Shown: positions 10,788 to 20,886, counted from the stretch's first letter. The stretch: DNA of 64,000 nt from a bacterium (GCA_965216635.1 OZ244188.1:704001-768000), one strand, 5' to 3'. Made by a program: numbers and translations. Notes: generated by a model from the sequence alone, not told the origin.

Positions 10788-11618
10788 ATGATATTCACAA
10801 GACAACAAATATTAAGCCGTCTGCGACAAAAAATTGCAGACAAAATTCCCATTATAGGTGGAGGAGCAGGTAATGGAATTAGTGCCAAGTGCCAAGAAGA
10901 TGGTGGAGTTGATTTATTAGTGATTTACAATTCAGGTCGTTTCCGAATGAATGGCAGAGGTTCCTTAGCTGGTTGTATGCCTTACGGTGATGCTAATGGA
11001 ATTGTGATGGAAATGGCAGGTGATGTGCTAACCATTGTGAAAGATACTCCTGTTTTAGCAGGAGTCTGTGGTACAGACCCCACCCGTATAATAGATGTAT
11101 TCTTAAAACAAGTGCAAGAAGCTGGATTTTCTGGCGTGCAGAACTTCCCCACTGTAGGACTTTACGATGGTCAATTTAGAAGCAATCTTGAAGAAACAGG
11201 TATGGGTTATGATTTGGAAGTAGAAATGATTCGCCGAGCGAACGCAATGGATATTTTTACCACCCCCTACGCTTTCAATGCACAAGAATCAGAGGCAATG
11301 GCAAAAGCTGGAGCGGATGTTGTTATTGCACACATGGGACTGACCACCAAAGGCTCTATTGGGGCATCTACTTCACTTACAATAGAGCAATGTCCATCTA
11401 AAGTACAGGAAATTTGTGATGCAGCAAAATCAGTAAATTCTGAAGTTATCGCACTTTGTCACGGAGGTCCTATTTCTATGCCTGAAGATGCTGAATATAT
11501 CTTGCAGAATACAAAAGGAATAGACGGATTTTATGGTGCTTCAAGCGTAGAACGTTTGCCGTCTGAAATTGCCATTAAAGAGCAAATGCAAAAATTTAAA
11601 GCTGTTCAATTTGAGTAG
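10788..11618 (+). CDS. TIM-barrel protein, phosphoenolpyruvate hydrolase-like family (usual UPF0261 partner)
   Basis: PIIGGGAGNGISAK, IYNSGRFRMNGRGSLAG, GVQNFPTVG, AHMGLT, LCHGGPI, GFYGASSVERLP. Confidence 0.93.
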   Translation: MIFTRQQILSRLRQKIADKIPIIGGGAGNGISAKCQEDGGVDLLVIYNSGRFRMNGRGSLAGCMPYGDANGIVMEMAGDVLTIVKDTPVLAGVCGTDPTRIIDVFLKQVQEAGFSGVQNFPTVGLYDGQFRSNLEETGMGYDLEVEMIRRANAMDIFTTPYAFNAQESEAMAKAGADVVIAHMGLTTKGSIGASTSLTIEQCPSKVQEICDAAKSVNSEVIALCHGGPISMPEDAEYILQNTKGIDGFYGASSVERLPSEIAIKEQMQKFKAVQFE

Positions 11619-11630
11619 CTATCTAGATTT

Positions 11631-12821
11631 TTAAAGCTCCTCGTTTAGAATTTCTAAAATTTCTTTTTCTGCTTTTTTCATAGCACGGTCAACCTTTTTA
11701 CCGAAGAGAACTCTTTCCAATTGCTCGGAAAATACTTCTTGAATGTCAATCCATTTTGGATGGGCTTGAGGCGATGTAGCTGTTTTAAGAGTTTCTAAAA
11801 AGACTAAAAGCTCAGGGTGTTCTTGAGTATAAAAAGAATCTTTAGTTCCTTGTTTGTCTGCGGGAAATAAAGTTGTGATTCTTCTAGTAATAGCTTTGGA
11901 ATTTTCTGCTTTTACCAAAAAACGGATGAATTTTTCGGCTGCTGCTTTATTTTTTGTATTTTTAGTGATTGCCAGCATCTGTGCTCCAGCAAAATTAATA
12001 CTTTTTCCAGTTGGAGCTGGAGGGAGCTTAATGACAGCAAAATTTAAATTAGGAGATTCTTTTTTAAATTTATTAATTTGGCCTGGCTCTTCTATCATAA
12101 AACCTACTTTTCCTTCTTGAAATTGCTTACGAACCACTAGATTTTCATCAAAAAGACCTACTTTTCTTAGTTCGCTATAAAAACTTACTGCTTCTTTAAA
12201 AGCTTTGCTATTAACACCTGTGCTTTTCCAATCTGAGTTAATAATTCTAGCTCCATTAGACCAAGCATAAGGCAAAAATTTTTGCCAAGTAGTATAGGCT
12301 CCCGTTTTTAACCCATATCCATAAACATTTTTACCAAGTCTATGAATTGCTTGAGATTGTTTGAGAAGTTGTTCCCAATTTTTAGGAGGAGATTTGAAAC
12401 CTGCTCTTTTAAGTAGCTCTTTATTATAAAATAAAGCTCCAGTAGAAAGAGTCCAAGGTACAGCGTAGTATTTCCCTTTGAAATAGGCAGGTTCCCAATT
12501 GGCAAGTTTTTTTCTTAAATTTCTAGGATCTATTGGTTTTAAACCTCCGTCTAGGCTTAAACCTGCAACCCAAGTAGAGCCTATTTCAATCACATCGGGA
12601 GCTTGATTGGCAGAAAGTGAGGTTATAATTTTATTAAACCCATCTGTCCATGTCAGTCTTTCTAAAGAAACATTAATATTCGGATTTTCTTTTTCAAACT
12701 TTTCTATCAGAGGCTTTATCCATTCTGGGTCCCAAAATTGCCAAAAAGTAATCTTGGTCGCAGCCCAAGAATTTGCGGTAGCGCATAATAGAGTGAATAC
12801 AAGTAGTAGTGTTTTTTTCAT
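11631..12821 (-). CDS. Carbohydrate ABC transporter substrate-binding protein (no permease adjacent)
   Basis: Signal peptide, ITFWQFW, FEKENPNINV, APDV, GKYYAVPW, LFYNKELL, FQEGKVGF. Confidence 0.88.
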   Translation of the reverse strand: MKKTLLLVFTLLCATANSWAATKITFWQFWDPEWIKPLIEKFEKENPNINVSLERLTWTDGFNKIITSLSANQAPDVIEIGSTWVAGLSLDGGLKPIDPRNLRKKLANWEPAYFKGKYYAVPWTLSTGALFYNKELLKRAGFKSPPKNWEQLLKQSQAIHRLGKNVYGYGLKTGAYTTWQKFLPYAWSNGARIINSDWKSTGVNSKAFKEAVSFYSELRKVGLFDENLVVRKQFQEGKVGFMIEEPGQINKFKKESPNLNFAVIKLPPAPTGKSINFAGAQMLAITKNTKNKAAAEKFIRFLVKAENSKAITRRITTLFPADKQGTKDSFYTQEHPELLVFLETLKTATSPQAHPKWIDIQEVFSEQLERVLFGKKVDRAMKKAEKEILEILNEEL

Positions 12822-12852
12822 TTTTTTGTTTTTAATTTGAAGTAATTAGTGG

Positions 12853-13362
12853 TCATCCTCGGTGAAAAAGTTTATTATAATATATTTTTAAATCTTTTGC
12901 AACAAGAAAAATAAAACCTATCGTAATAAAATCATCTGCTAAATTGTTCACGAAAAAACTGAATTCAAACAATCTAAAGTGCATAAAATCTGTAACTCCT
13001 CCTAAAAATAGCCTATCCAATAGATTACCAGAGCCACCTCCTAGTATCAAAGCCCAACCTATTTTATAGTTTTTTTGGATTTTTTTCCAGTTTAAAAATA
13101 TATAGTATATAACCACGAGAATAATTAGCAAGGGCAGAATATTGACTAAGAGTACACGGAGAGGATCATTTAAGTTTGCTAAAAAACCGTAGGAAATCCC
13201 TCTATTTTTCACTAAAACCAGTTCTATAAAGTTGGGAATCAAGGTGTAGATTTTATTTGCGAGAAGATATTTTCTCGCTAGAAATTTACTGCCTTGATCT
13301 ACAAAAAATATTGCAATGGCAAAAAAAATAAAACCAGACTTATTGATATTTTTTGAAAACAT
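12853..13362 (-). CDS. lspA: Lipoprotein signal peptidase II
   Basis: DQGSK, NRGISYG, GGGSGNLLDRL, VTDF, NLAD. Confidence 0.92.
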   Translation of the reverse strand: MFSKNINKSGFIFFAIAIFFVDQGSKFLARKYLLANKIYTLIPNFIELVLVKNRGISYGFLANLNDPLRVLLVNILPLLIILVVIYYIFLNWKKIQKNYKIGWALILGGGSGNLLDRLFLGGVTDFMHFRLFEFSFFVNNLADDFITIGFIFLVAKDLKIYYNKLFHRG

Positions 13363-13455
13363 AAAAAATTTATGCTAAAATTTGGGTTTAAGAACAGAGC
13401 CTTTGAGTTTCTCTTGAGAACTATAAAGCAATTTTAGCACTTAACGCAAATTTTT

Positions 13456-15684
13456 ATGAAAGATTTTTTTTGGTATTTTTTATCAAAGATTGTTTTTAAA
13501 TTTTTTTTTTCTTTGCAAATCAAAGGCAAGAAAAACTACTTCAAATTAAAAGACAAACCACTGATAATTGCCAGTAACCATACCTCTTACTTGGATGGTA
13601 TTTTATTGCTTTTAATAGACAGGTGGAAATTCTATTTTTTGGTAGATAAAACTATAGCACATAAAAACCCTTTCCGTTTTTTTATTAAACAGATTAAATT
13701 TATTCCTATTACTAACCATTCTTCTTATTCTATTCGGCAACTGATTTATTTTTTAAGAAAAAAAAAAACAATAGTCATTTTTCCCGAAGGTAGAATCAGT
13801 ACTACAGGAAAACTGATGAATTTCCAAAACGGAATGTTGATGATATCCGCTAAAACAAAGGTTCCTATTTTACCTGTTTATATTAAAAACGCTCATTTAA
13901 CTTATTTTTCTAAAGTAAAAGAGCAATTTCCGAAACGTATTTTTCAGCCAATAAAATTACAAATCGGAGATCCCGTTTATGTAAGTCTTCCTAAAAAACT
14001 GCAATCAACAAATGAATACAAAAAAACCAATCTACAGCTAATGGATAGATTTCAAAATATGTCTTTTGAAATGGAAGATTTAAGTACCAGTCTTTTTGAA
14101 ATGTTATTGTTGGGAATGAAGAATAGCTCTCCTAAAAAAAAAATTATTCAAGATTCTAGCCTAGAGCAGATGAGCTACAAAAAGCTTGTTCTTAGTGCCC
14201 TTATTTTAGGAAAATTGCTTTTTGAAAAGAATGCCAAGAGTTCTAGCCAATTTCTAAAAAGGAGTTCCAAGAACGTTTTCCAAAATAGAGAACAAAATAT
14301 AGGTTTTTTATTGCCTAATTCTATAGCTGCCTGTTCTACTTTTTTTGCTTTCCAGTTGTATCACAAGGTAGCTGTGATGCTTAATTTCACTAGTGGTTTA
14401 TCCAGTATTATTCATAGTTGTAAACTGGCAGCTGTGCAAAGAGTGATTACTTCTCGTAAGTTCGTAAAACTTGGCAACCTAGAGCCTACTATAAAAGCCC
14501 TATCAAAGGTTGTAGAAATTGTCTATTTAGAAGATTTTCGCGAAAAAATCAGCTGGAAAGATAAGATTTTGGCTTTGCTTCGCTTTACAAAAATTGTTTC
14601 TTTTCATCGCTCGCTTTTCGCATCATCGGCTTCACATTCTGGAAAAGTATTTTCGGAAAGTAACCCTGCAGTGATAATGTTCACAGCTGGTTCTAGCGGT
14701 ATGCCCAAAGGAGTAGTATTATCGCACCGCAACATTGTTGCCAATTTTTACCAGTTCAATACGATTGTTGATTTTAATCTCAAAGATGTTCTTTTTAATG
14801 TTCTGCCTGTATTTCATTCTTTTGGACTAATAGTAGGACTATTAGCTCCTTTATTTTCTGGTCTTAAAGTTTTTCTTTATCCCAATCCTATGCAATACCG
14901 TCTAGTAACTAAGTTTGTTTATTTTTGTGATGCTACTATTATTTTAGGCACCAATGTTTTTTATCGTGGCTACGCTTTAAAAGCAGAACAGACAGATTTT
15001 TATAAGGTGCGGTATGCTTTTTCTGGAGCAGAAAGACTTCAAGACGAAGTTAAACAAATGTGGAATGAGAAATTTGGGATTCGGATTTTAGAAGGTTATG
15101 GACTGACAGAAGCAGCGCCTGTAGTAGCAACAAATACTCCTTTGCATTACAGAAAAAATACTGTGGGAAGATTACTACCTGCATTAAAATATAAACTAGA
15201 AAAAGTGGCTGGTATTTCTGTAGCTCAAAAATTATACCTTAAGGGACCTAATTTGATGTTAGGCTATCTAAAAAACAACAATAGTGGAGAAATATCTTTT
15301 TTGAAAGGTTGGTATGATACAGGGGATCTCGTTAATATAGACGAAGATGGTTTTGTGCAAATCGTAGGTAGACAGAAAAGATTTTGTAAGGTAGCAGGAG
15401 AAATGATTTCTTTAGTGCTGGTAGAAAAAATTACCAAAAAAGTATTCCCTAAATCCACAGTGGCAGCTATTGCTACAGAAAGTAAGCAAAAGGGGGAAAA
15501 AATTATTTTGGTAGCAACAGATAATCAAGTAAATCTATCTACTATTAGAGAATATTTACTAAAGAATGCAGAAAATATTTTATTACTGCCTCAAGAACTT
15601 TTAAAGTTGCCACAGATTCCCTTGTTGGGTTCGGGAAAAATCAATTATCCTGAGTTAGTAAATATTTATTGCTCAAAACAATAA
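13456..15684 (+). CDS. aas: Bifunctional 2-acyl-GPE acyltransferase / acyl-ACP synthetase (Aas-like)
   Basis: NHTSYLD and IFPEGR acyltransferase motifs; FTAGSSGMPKG, EGYGLTE, WYDTGD, GSGKINY AMP-binding motifs. Confidence 0.9.
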   Translation: MKDFFWYFLSKIVFKFFFSLQIKGKKNYFKLKDKPLIIASNHTSYLDGILLLLIDRWKFYFLVDKTIAHKNPFRFFIKQIKFIPITNHSSYSIRQLIYFLRKKKTIVIFPEGRISTTGKLMNFQNGMLMISAKTKVPILPVYIKNAHLTYFSKVKEQFPKRIFQPIKLQIGDPVYVSLPKKLQSTNEYKKTNLQLMDRFQNMSFEMEDLSTSLFEMLLLGMKNSSPKKKIIQDSSLEQMSYKKLVLSALILGKLLFEKNAKSSSQFLKRSSKNVFQNREQNIGFLLPNSIAACSTFFAFQLYHKVAVMLNFTSGLSSIIHSCKLAAVQRVITSRKFVKLGNLEPTIKALSKVVEIVYLEDFREKISWKDKILALLRFTKIVSFHRSLFASSASHSGKVFSESNPAVIMFTAGSSGMPKGVVLSHRNIVANFYQFNTIVDFNLKDVLFNVLPVFHSFGLIVGLLAPLFSGLKVFLYPNPMQYRLVTKFVYFCDATIILGTNVFYRGYALKAEQTDFYKVRYAFSGAERLQDEVKQMWNEKFGIRILEGYGLTEAAPVVATNTPLHYRKNTVGRLLPALKYKLEKVAGISVAQKLYLKGPNLMLGYLKNNNSGEISFLKGWYDTGDLVNIDEDGFVQIVGRQKRFCKVAGEMISLVLVEKITKKVFPKSTVAAIATESKQKGEKIILVATDNQVNLSTIREYLLKNAENILLLPQELLKLPQIPLLGSGKINYPELVNIYCSKQ

Positions 15685-15691
15685 AATTATT

Positions 15692-16366
15692 ATGAAAAAA
15701 CACCTAGTTGTATTTACTGGAGCGGGTATTAGTTCTGAAAGTGGACTAAAAACTTTTCGCGATTCGGACGGGCTTTGGGAAAATTATGCCGTAGAAGATG
15801 TGGCTACTCCAGAAGCTTGGCGAAGAAACCCCGCTTTGGTGCTAAAATTTTATAACGACAGAAGAAAACAAGTAAAACAAGCCAAACCAAACGACGCTCA
15901 TTTGGCTTTAAAGGATTTGGAAAAGAAATTTCATGTCAGTATCGTTACTCAAAATATAGATAATTTACACGAAAGGGCTGGTTCTAGTTTTGTTTTGCAC
16001 TTGCACGGAGAGATTGTGAAGGCTCGTAGCACTATAAGCAACAAAACTTATGAAATAAAAACGGACATTCAACTTGGTAATAAGTGCGAAAAAAATAGTC
16101 AGTTAAGACCACATATAGTCTGGTTTGGAGAAGCAGTGCCTAAATTTGCAGAAGCACAGGTGATAATAAGCCAAGCCGATATTTTACTTGTAATAGGAAC
16201 TTCTTTATCGGTTTATCCGGCAGCCTATCTTGTAGAGGAAGTAGCAAAAGGTACGCCTGTTTATTTGATAGATCCTGCTGCAGAACACACAGACGCAATT
16301 ATTATTCGTAAAAAAGCAGTAAAAGGGGTAAGAGAATTGACAAATCAGTGGTTGCAGAATGATTGA
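15692..16366 (+). CDS. cobB: NAD-dependent protein deacylase (sirtuin)
   Basis: TGAGISSESG, TFR, TQNIDNLHERAG, HLHG, LRPHIVWFGE, IGTSLSVYPAA. Confidence 0.96.
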   Translation: MKKHLVVFTGAGISSESGLKTFRDSDGLWENYAVEDVATPEAWRRNPALVLKFYNDRRKQVKQAKPNDAHLALKDLEKKFHVSIVTQNIDNLHERAGSSFVLHLHGEIVKARSTISNKTYEIKTDIQLGNKCEKNSQLRPHIVWFGEAVPKFAEAQVIISQADILLVIGTSLSVYPAAYLVEEVAKGTPVYLIDPAAEHTDAIIIRKKAVKGVRELTNQWLQND

Positions 16367-16412
16367 AATAGTTTTATAAGTGAGATTACTATCAAGCTAC
16401 AAAAGGTAAAAA

Positions 16413-16670
16413 ATGCTATTATTTATAGAAATATTGCAGAGAGTGATTAGAATTTATATACTTTTGATTATTGTTCGCTCTTTATTGAGTTGGTTTTCTG
16501 TAGGTTATAATTTTTGGGTAGAGTGGCTTTATCGCTTAACAGAGCCCTATTTAAGCTTTTTTCGTCGTCTTTTGCCTCCTATGGGTGGGTTTGATTTTAG
16601 TCCTGTTCTGGCAATATTTGTATTATATTTTTTAGAAAAAGTATTGATTAAACTTCTTTTTTCATTGTAA
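16413..16670 (+). CDS. yggT: YggT family membrane protein
   Basis: LLSWF...LYRLTEPYL..FRRLLPPMGGFDFSP. Confidence 0.92.
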   Translation: MLLFIEILQRVIRIYILLIIVRSLLSWFSVGYNFWVEWLYRLTEPYLSFFRRLLPPMGGFDFSPVLAIFVLYFLEKVLIKLLFSL

Positions 16671-16758
16671 GAAACATTACGTTATGATTTTTAGTGCTAT
16701 TTTATAAAAAAAATCACAAACCGTTTGACAAAATTTTTTTGTTTTGTTATTAATAACT

Positions 16759-17067
16759 GAGACCTTTGAATTAGTGTTATGCTCACCCCACTATTGGGGC
16801 TAGCCAAATGGTTAGAACCAAATGGTTAGAATAGGTGCAAAAAAAAAATTTATCTTGCAGGAATATCGCCAAGCGAAACGCTACAAGACTTTATCATTAG
16901 CAAAAATGGAATGTAAAAGTGCTAAAAAGCACTTTTACTATAGTCCTTATGAAATAGCCCGTATGAAATAGATAGCAATAAGAGAGAGCATTTCTTCACG
17001 AATGGCAAGAGTTAAATTTTTTTTTAACGTTTGCTTTGGCTAAACAGAACGCTAATTCAAATGTCTC
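16759..17067 (-). mobile_element. Modular MITE-like element copy (reverse orientation)
   Basis: GAGACCTTTGAATTAG...CTAATTCAAATGTCTC; CCCCACTATTGGGG hairpin; internal 14-bp duplications (CCAAATGGTTAGAA x2; ATAGTCCTTATGAA/ATAGCCCGTATGAA). Confidence 0.85.
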
Positions 17068-17094
17068 TAATGATTTTTAACCAATGAGGTAAAT

Positions 17095-17745
17095 ATGAAA
17101 AAAATACTCTTTGTAGTCATTATTCTCAATTGTTTTGTAGCTACAAGTTTTGCAGCTGTTTTGAGTATAGGAAAGAAAACATATACTACTCCTATACTAA
17201 AAGAAGCCTCTTCTGATGGATTTAAAGAGACTGTTCAACTGGGTTTAGAATTTTCTTTCAATTGGAAAATCGCTACGGTAATTATTTCGCCAAGGTTAGG
17301 AACGGGTTCTGCGGAAAAAACACTATCGTACACTTATGTTATACAATATGTTACACAATATGCTATACAAGATGTAGAAGTTGATTATACTATCACAGTT
17401 CCAGAAACTATTTCTTATACAGAGATAGATTACGGTTTGCGGTTTCATAAACTTTTACTAGGGTTTCTGGATACTTCTGTGAGTTTTGGAGGAACTGCAA
17501 CAACGTTTCGTTACAATACCGTTGAAAATTTAAGGTTAGAACCGGGTGAGATAAAAATAGATCGCAACTCAGCAAATGTCAATTTGTATAGCTACTGGTA
17601 TTCTTACGGAGTGAGATTTCATACTAAAAGTGTTTTAATCGGACTAGAAATGAGGACTAATTTAGCTCCAGAAGTAGAATTATTAGATCGGACTGTGGAT
17701 TTAGATTCTCAAGAGATCAATCTGTTTTTTGATATAGGTTTTTAA
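17095..17745 (+). CDS. Putative small outer-membrane beta-barrel protein
   Basis: Signal peptide, alternating amphipathic strands, C-terminal INLFFDIGF; GAGG RBS. Confidence 0.65.
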   Translation: MKKILFVVIILNCFVATSFAAVLSIGKKTYTTPILKEASSDGFKETVQLGLEFSFNWKIATVIISPRLGTGSAEKTLSYTYVIQYVTQYAIQDVEVDYTITVPETISYTEIDYGLRFHKLLLGFLDTSVSFGGTATTFRYNTVENLRLEPGEIKIDRNSANVNLYSYWYSYGVRFHTKSVLIGLEMRTNLAPEVELLDRTVDLDSQEINLFFDIGF

Positions 17746-17751
17746 CAAATA

Positions 17752-17883
17752 GAGACTGTTGACTTTAGTAGACCTTTGAATTTTCGTTATGTGACGGCTA
17801 ATTCAACAGTTTCAACTAACTTATAACTTAAAAAGGCTTTTGCATTAGCCATAGACTTTGTCTAATCTAATGCCAAAAAGTCT
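17752..17883. repeat. Two miniature/collapsed derivatives of the MITE family
   Basis: GAGACTGTTGA..[TAGACCTTTGAATTTTCGTTATGTGACGGC]..TAATTCAACAGTTTC (17752-17813) and AGGCTTTTGCATTAG..TAGACTTTGTCTA..CTAATGCCAAAAAGTCT (17834-17883). Confidence 0.65.
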
Positions 17884-17897
17884 GTTTTTATTAAATT

Positions 17898-18452
17898 ATG
17901 TTTAAAAAAATAACATTGAGTGCACTTTTTTTAGTGCTTTTTGCTAGTCTCTCCTTTGCAGGAATAAAATTTAGAACAGGACAAACTAATTTAAAAGAAA
18001 GTCCTAGCCCTGATAGCAATAGTGAATTAAAATCGGTCACTCACTACGGCTTGGATTTTGACATAGGAATCCCTTTTGTAGGTTTGGATTTCTTGGTTTC
18101 GGCTAAATACGGTCAAAATAAAGATGCAGGTGAAGAGTTGATAATTCAAGAAACCCGTTATGGGATGAGAAAAGAATTTTTGGCTTTGATCAAACCATTC
18201 GTTGGTTTAGGAACGAGTAGCGGATCGGTGGAATTTAAAACTGCTGCTAGCGGTAAAGATAAACAATCTTACAGTACAAACTGGGTTTCTCTAGGGGTAA
18301 ATGGTGCTTTGGGTATAGTTCAGGTGGGGATAGAATATCGCTATTCTCAAAAAATAGAGGTAGAGTTTAGGTATAGCAACGATATCCCAGTAAAAAGAGA
18401 TATAGCGAGTAATTCACAAAGTATCTATTTTGGATTTGGATTAGGGTTTTAA
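17898..18452 (+). CDS. Putative 8-stranded outer-membrane beta-barrel protein
   Basis: Signal peptide, KPFVGLG, VGIEYRY, C-terminal IYFGFGLGF. Confidence 0.7.
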   Translation: MFKKITLSALFLVLFASLSFAGIKFRTGQTNLKESPSPDSNSELKSVTHYGLDFDIGIPFVGLDFLVSAKYGQNKDAGEELIIQETRYGMRKEFLALIKPFVGLGTSSGSVEFKTAASGKDKQSYSTNWVSLGVNGALGIVQVGIEYRYSQKIEVEFRYSNDIPVKRDIASNSQSIYFGFGLGF

Positions 18453-18476
18453 AAAAGGACTAAATTGTAGGTTTTT

Positions 18477-18510
18477 AAAAAAGGCAGGTAGACCATAACC
18501 TGCTTTTTTT
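18477..18510 (+). terminator. Rho-independent terminator
   Basis: AAAAGGCAGGT-loop-ACCTGCTTTTTTT after the OMP gene. Confidence 0.75.
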
Positions 18511-18565
18511 GTAAGAACTATAAAATTTTTTAAAAACTTACTTATAGACAATTAAAAGAATAAAA

Positions 18566-19036
18566 ATGAAATATAATAGAAATTTAGCTGCTAGAGTTAA
18601 TTCAATATTAATAGAATGTGGAGAAATGGGTGTTGAAGTTGACCCTTTAAAATTACAGAAGCTTTTATATTTAAGTTACGGAATTTACTTACGAGAAACA
18701 GGAGAAGAATTACCTCATTTATCATTTATTGCATTGCAATACGGTCCTGTTTCTAAAGAAGTTTATGAATTTTACAAGGAAAATGGATATAATACAATCA
18801 CTAAAAAAATGGGTGAGTATGGAGATTATCCTGTATTAGTGGATGACGTTTCCGTAAAAAAAGTAGCTAATTTATATGGATATTTCCCAAACTACAAATT
18901 AATAGATATCACACACAGAGAAGATGGGGCTTGGTATCAAGCATATAAAAAGGAGGTTGGTTGCCAATTAAATATTAATGATATAAAAAAAGAATTTGAT
19001 ATAACTAAAGTAAATACAAATGAGCGAAACAATTAA
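18566..19036 (+). CDS. Panacea (DUF4065/SocA/GepA-like) domain antitoxin
   Basis: LKLQKLLY, ALQYGPV, LIDITH...GAW motifs. Confidence 0.9.
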   Translation: MKYNRNLAARVNSILIECGEMGVEVDPLKLQKLLYLSYGIYLRETGEELPHLSFIALQYGPVSKEVYEFYKENGYNTITKKMGEYGDYPVLVDDVSVKKVANLYGYFPNYKLIDITHREDGAWYQAYKKEVGCQLNINDIKKEFDITKVNTNERNN

Positions 19037-19277
19037 CAAAACAAATACACAAGGAATAAATATAAGAAAAGAGAAGAGGAATGACGAAAAATTAGATATT
19101 TTAAGAAAGATTTTATATTTTGTGGGACCTTTTTGGATTGTGTTATCTTGCGCACTCTATGTTGTGCATTCACTTGGTTATATAAATTTTTGGAATATGC
19201 AATGGGCAGTTTTTTTATCTATGATAGGGGGTGTATTAGCAACAGTTATAGGAGTAATAATAGGATCAGATGTATAA
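19020..19277 (+). CDS. Small 2-TM protein overlapping the Panacea gene; candidate cognate toxin
   Basis: Charged N-terminus then two hydrophobic helices; 17-nt overlap. Confidence 0.6.
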   Translation: MSETINKTNTQGINIRKEKRNDEKLDILRKILYFVGPFWIVLSCALYVVHSLGYINFWNMQWAVFLSMIGGVLATVIGVIIGSDV

Positions 19278-19372
19278 AAAAAAACTACTAACTAATTTTT
19301 TTTTTGAGTATTTTAGGTACTCAGGCGGATAATTTCTAAATTTTTCAAAATACTCACTGTTAAATTGCCCAC

Positions 19373-20764
19373 TTATCTTGGCAATAAGTTTTTTTCTTTT
19401 AGTAGTTTTATAGCTTCTTTTACAGAGTTAAATTCTCCATTGAGTTGGGCTTGGTAGGCAGTTTCTAAAAGAGAGCTGAATTTTTCACTAGGAGTCAAAC
19501 CTTCATCAATCAGATGTCTTCCTTTCAATAAAGGCGCCAGAGGTGCTTTGGTTACCTTTAAAGCAGCAGCTCTTTTTGAAATCCATTCTCCCGCTGGAAA
19601 TACGGGATTGTAAGACTCTCCTCTACCGTTTTTATCGGCTTTACAGACTCTTAAAAGTCTATCAATATTCCCTACTTTTTTAGAAAATCTTAAAATTGCA
19701 GCGTCGTTGACCTGCTGTTTAAAAAACTGATCTGGTATCATATGATAGAGAACCAAGAGTTTTACTTCTTTTAAAAGCTCTTTTTGGTTTGTCAACCTAT
19801 TTAAAAAAGAAAGAGTGGGTTCCACTCCTTCTGTATCGTGCTTATAAGCAGTTATCCGTCCATCAGGTTGCAGTTGAGATGTAATAGGTTTACCAAAATC
19901 GTGGCAAAGCACTCCTAAACCTACAATAAGATTTTCTTTTTCGTCCTTGCAAGAATCTCTTTCTTCTACAAAGGCATCTAAACAAAGAGCAGTATGCACA
20001 AAAACATCTCCTTCAGGGTGCCATTTTTTGTATTGCTCGCAACCAGAAAGAGCTTCTAGTTCGGGAAAATAGCGCAACCAACCTGTTTGTTTTAAAAAAT
20101 ATAACCCTAAAGATATTTTTTTTCCTTTAAGCAATAATTTTTTCCATTCTTCAAAAATTCTTTCCCTAGATAAATTTTCTATGGAAATTTGTTGGCATAA
20201 TTTAAGACTTTCACTAGCGATTTGAAAAGAGAACCTAGCAATAAACTGCATAGCTCGCAAAACTCTTAAAGGGTCTTCGGAAAATTTTTCTGTAGTATGC
20301 CTTAGTATTTTGTTTTTTAAGTCTTTTCTTCCGTCAAACGGGTCTATAAATATTTCATTTAAAGGATCGTATAGAATAGCGTTAATAGTAAAATCTCTTC
20401 TAGCGCATGCCTCTTCGGGTTGAAAATAGGGATCGGTTTGAATGGAAAAACCTTTGTAGCCTGAGCCTACTTTTTTTTCTTTACGAGGGATAGAAACATC
20501 TATGGGTAAATTCCTTATTTTTAGGACGCCAAAACTTTTTCCCACATAATTGAGTAAGAATTTTTTTTTGAGAATAAGTTCTAGTTTTTTCATCTCTAAA
20601 CCATAAACTTCTATATCTATGTCTTTAGCTGGAATTTTTAGTAAGCCGTCACGAATACAGCCTCCAACTAAAAAACCTTTTGCCCCTGCTCTGTGTACAG
20701 TATTTAGAATATCTAGAGTAGTATCTTTAATTTCGGGATTTTCAAAATGGAGCATAAAAGACAT
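19373..20764 (-). CDS. cca: tRNA nucleotidyltransferase (CCA-adding) with HD domain
   Basis: LVGGCIRD, DIDI, RRDFTINA, EDPLRVLR, ERIFEEW, HPEGDVFVHT, HDFGK. Confidence 0.93.
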   Translation of the reverse strand: MSFMLHFENPEIKDTTLDILNTVHRAGAKGFLVGGCIRDGLLKIPAKDIDIEVYGLEMKKLELILKKKFLLNYVGKSFGVLKIRNLPIDVSIPRKEKKVGSGYKGFSIQTDPYFQPEEACARRDFTINAILYDPLNEIFIDPFDGRKDLKNKILRHTTEKFSEDPLRVLRAMQFIARFSFQIASESLKLCQQISIENLSRERIFEEWKKLLLKGKKISLGLYFLKQTGWLRYFPELEALSGCEQYKKWHPEGDVFVHTALCLDAFVEERDSCKDEKENLIVGLGVLCHDFGKPITSQLQPDGRITAYKHDTEGVEPTLSFLNRLTNQKELLKEVKLLVLYHMIPDQFFKQQVNDAAILRFSKKVGNIDRLLRVCKADKNGRGESYNPVFPAGEWISKRAAALKVTKAPLAPLLKGRHLIDEGLTPSEKFSSLLETAYQAQLNGEFNSVKEAIKLLKEKNLLPR

Positions 20765-20886
20765 TTGATTTTAAAAAAAAATTAAGCACAGCAGTTTAAC
20801 TAATATAACTAGATTTTAAATTTTTTTTCTAGTATTTACAAGATAAAACGGCTTTTAAAATAACTATCTGTTTTTTTTAGTAACGA

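Noticed and set aside
133..12840. Antisense or alternative-frame ORFs within rpoC, ahcY, ABC and Tm-1-like genes
   Set aside because: They overlap well-supported genes and carry no recognisable motifs.
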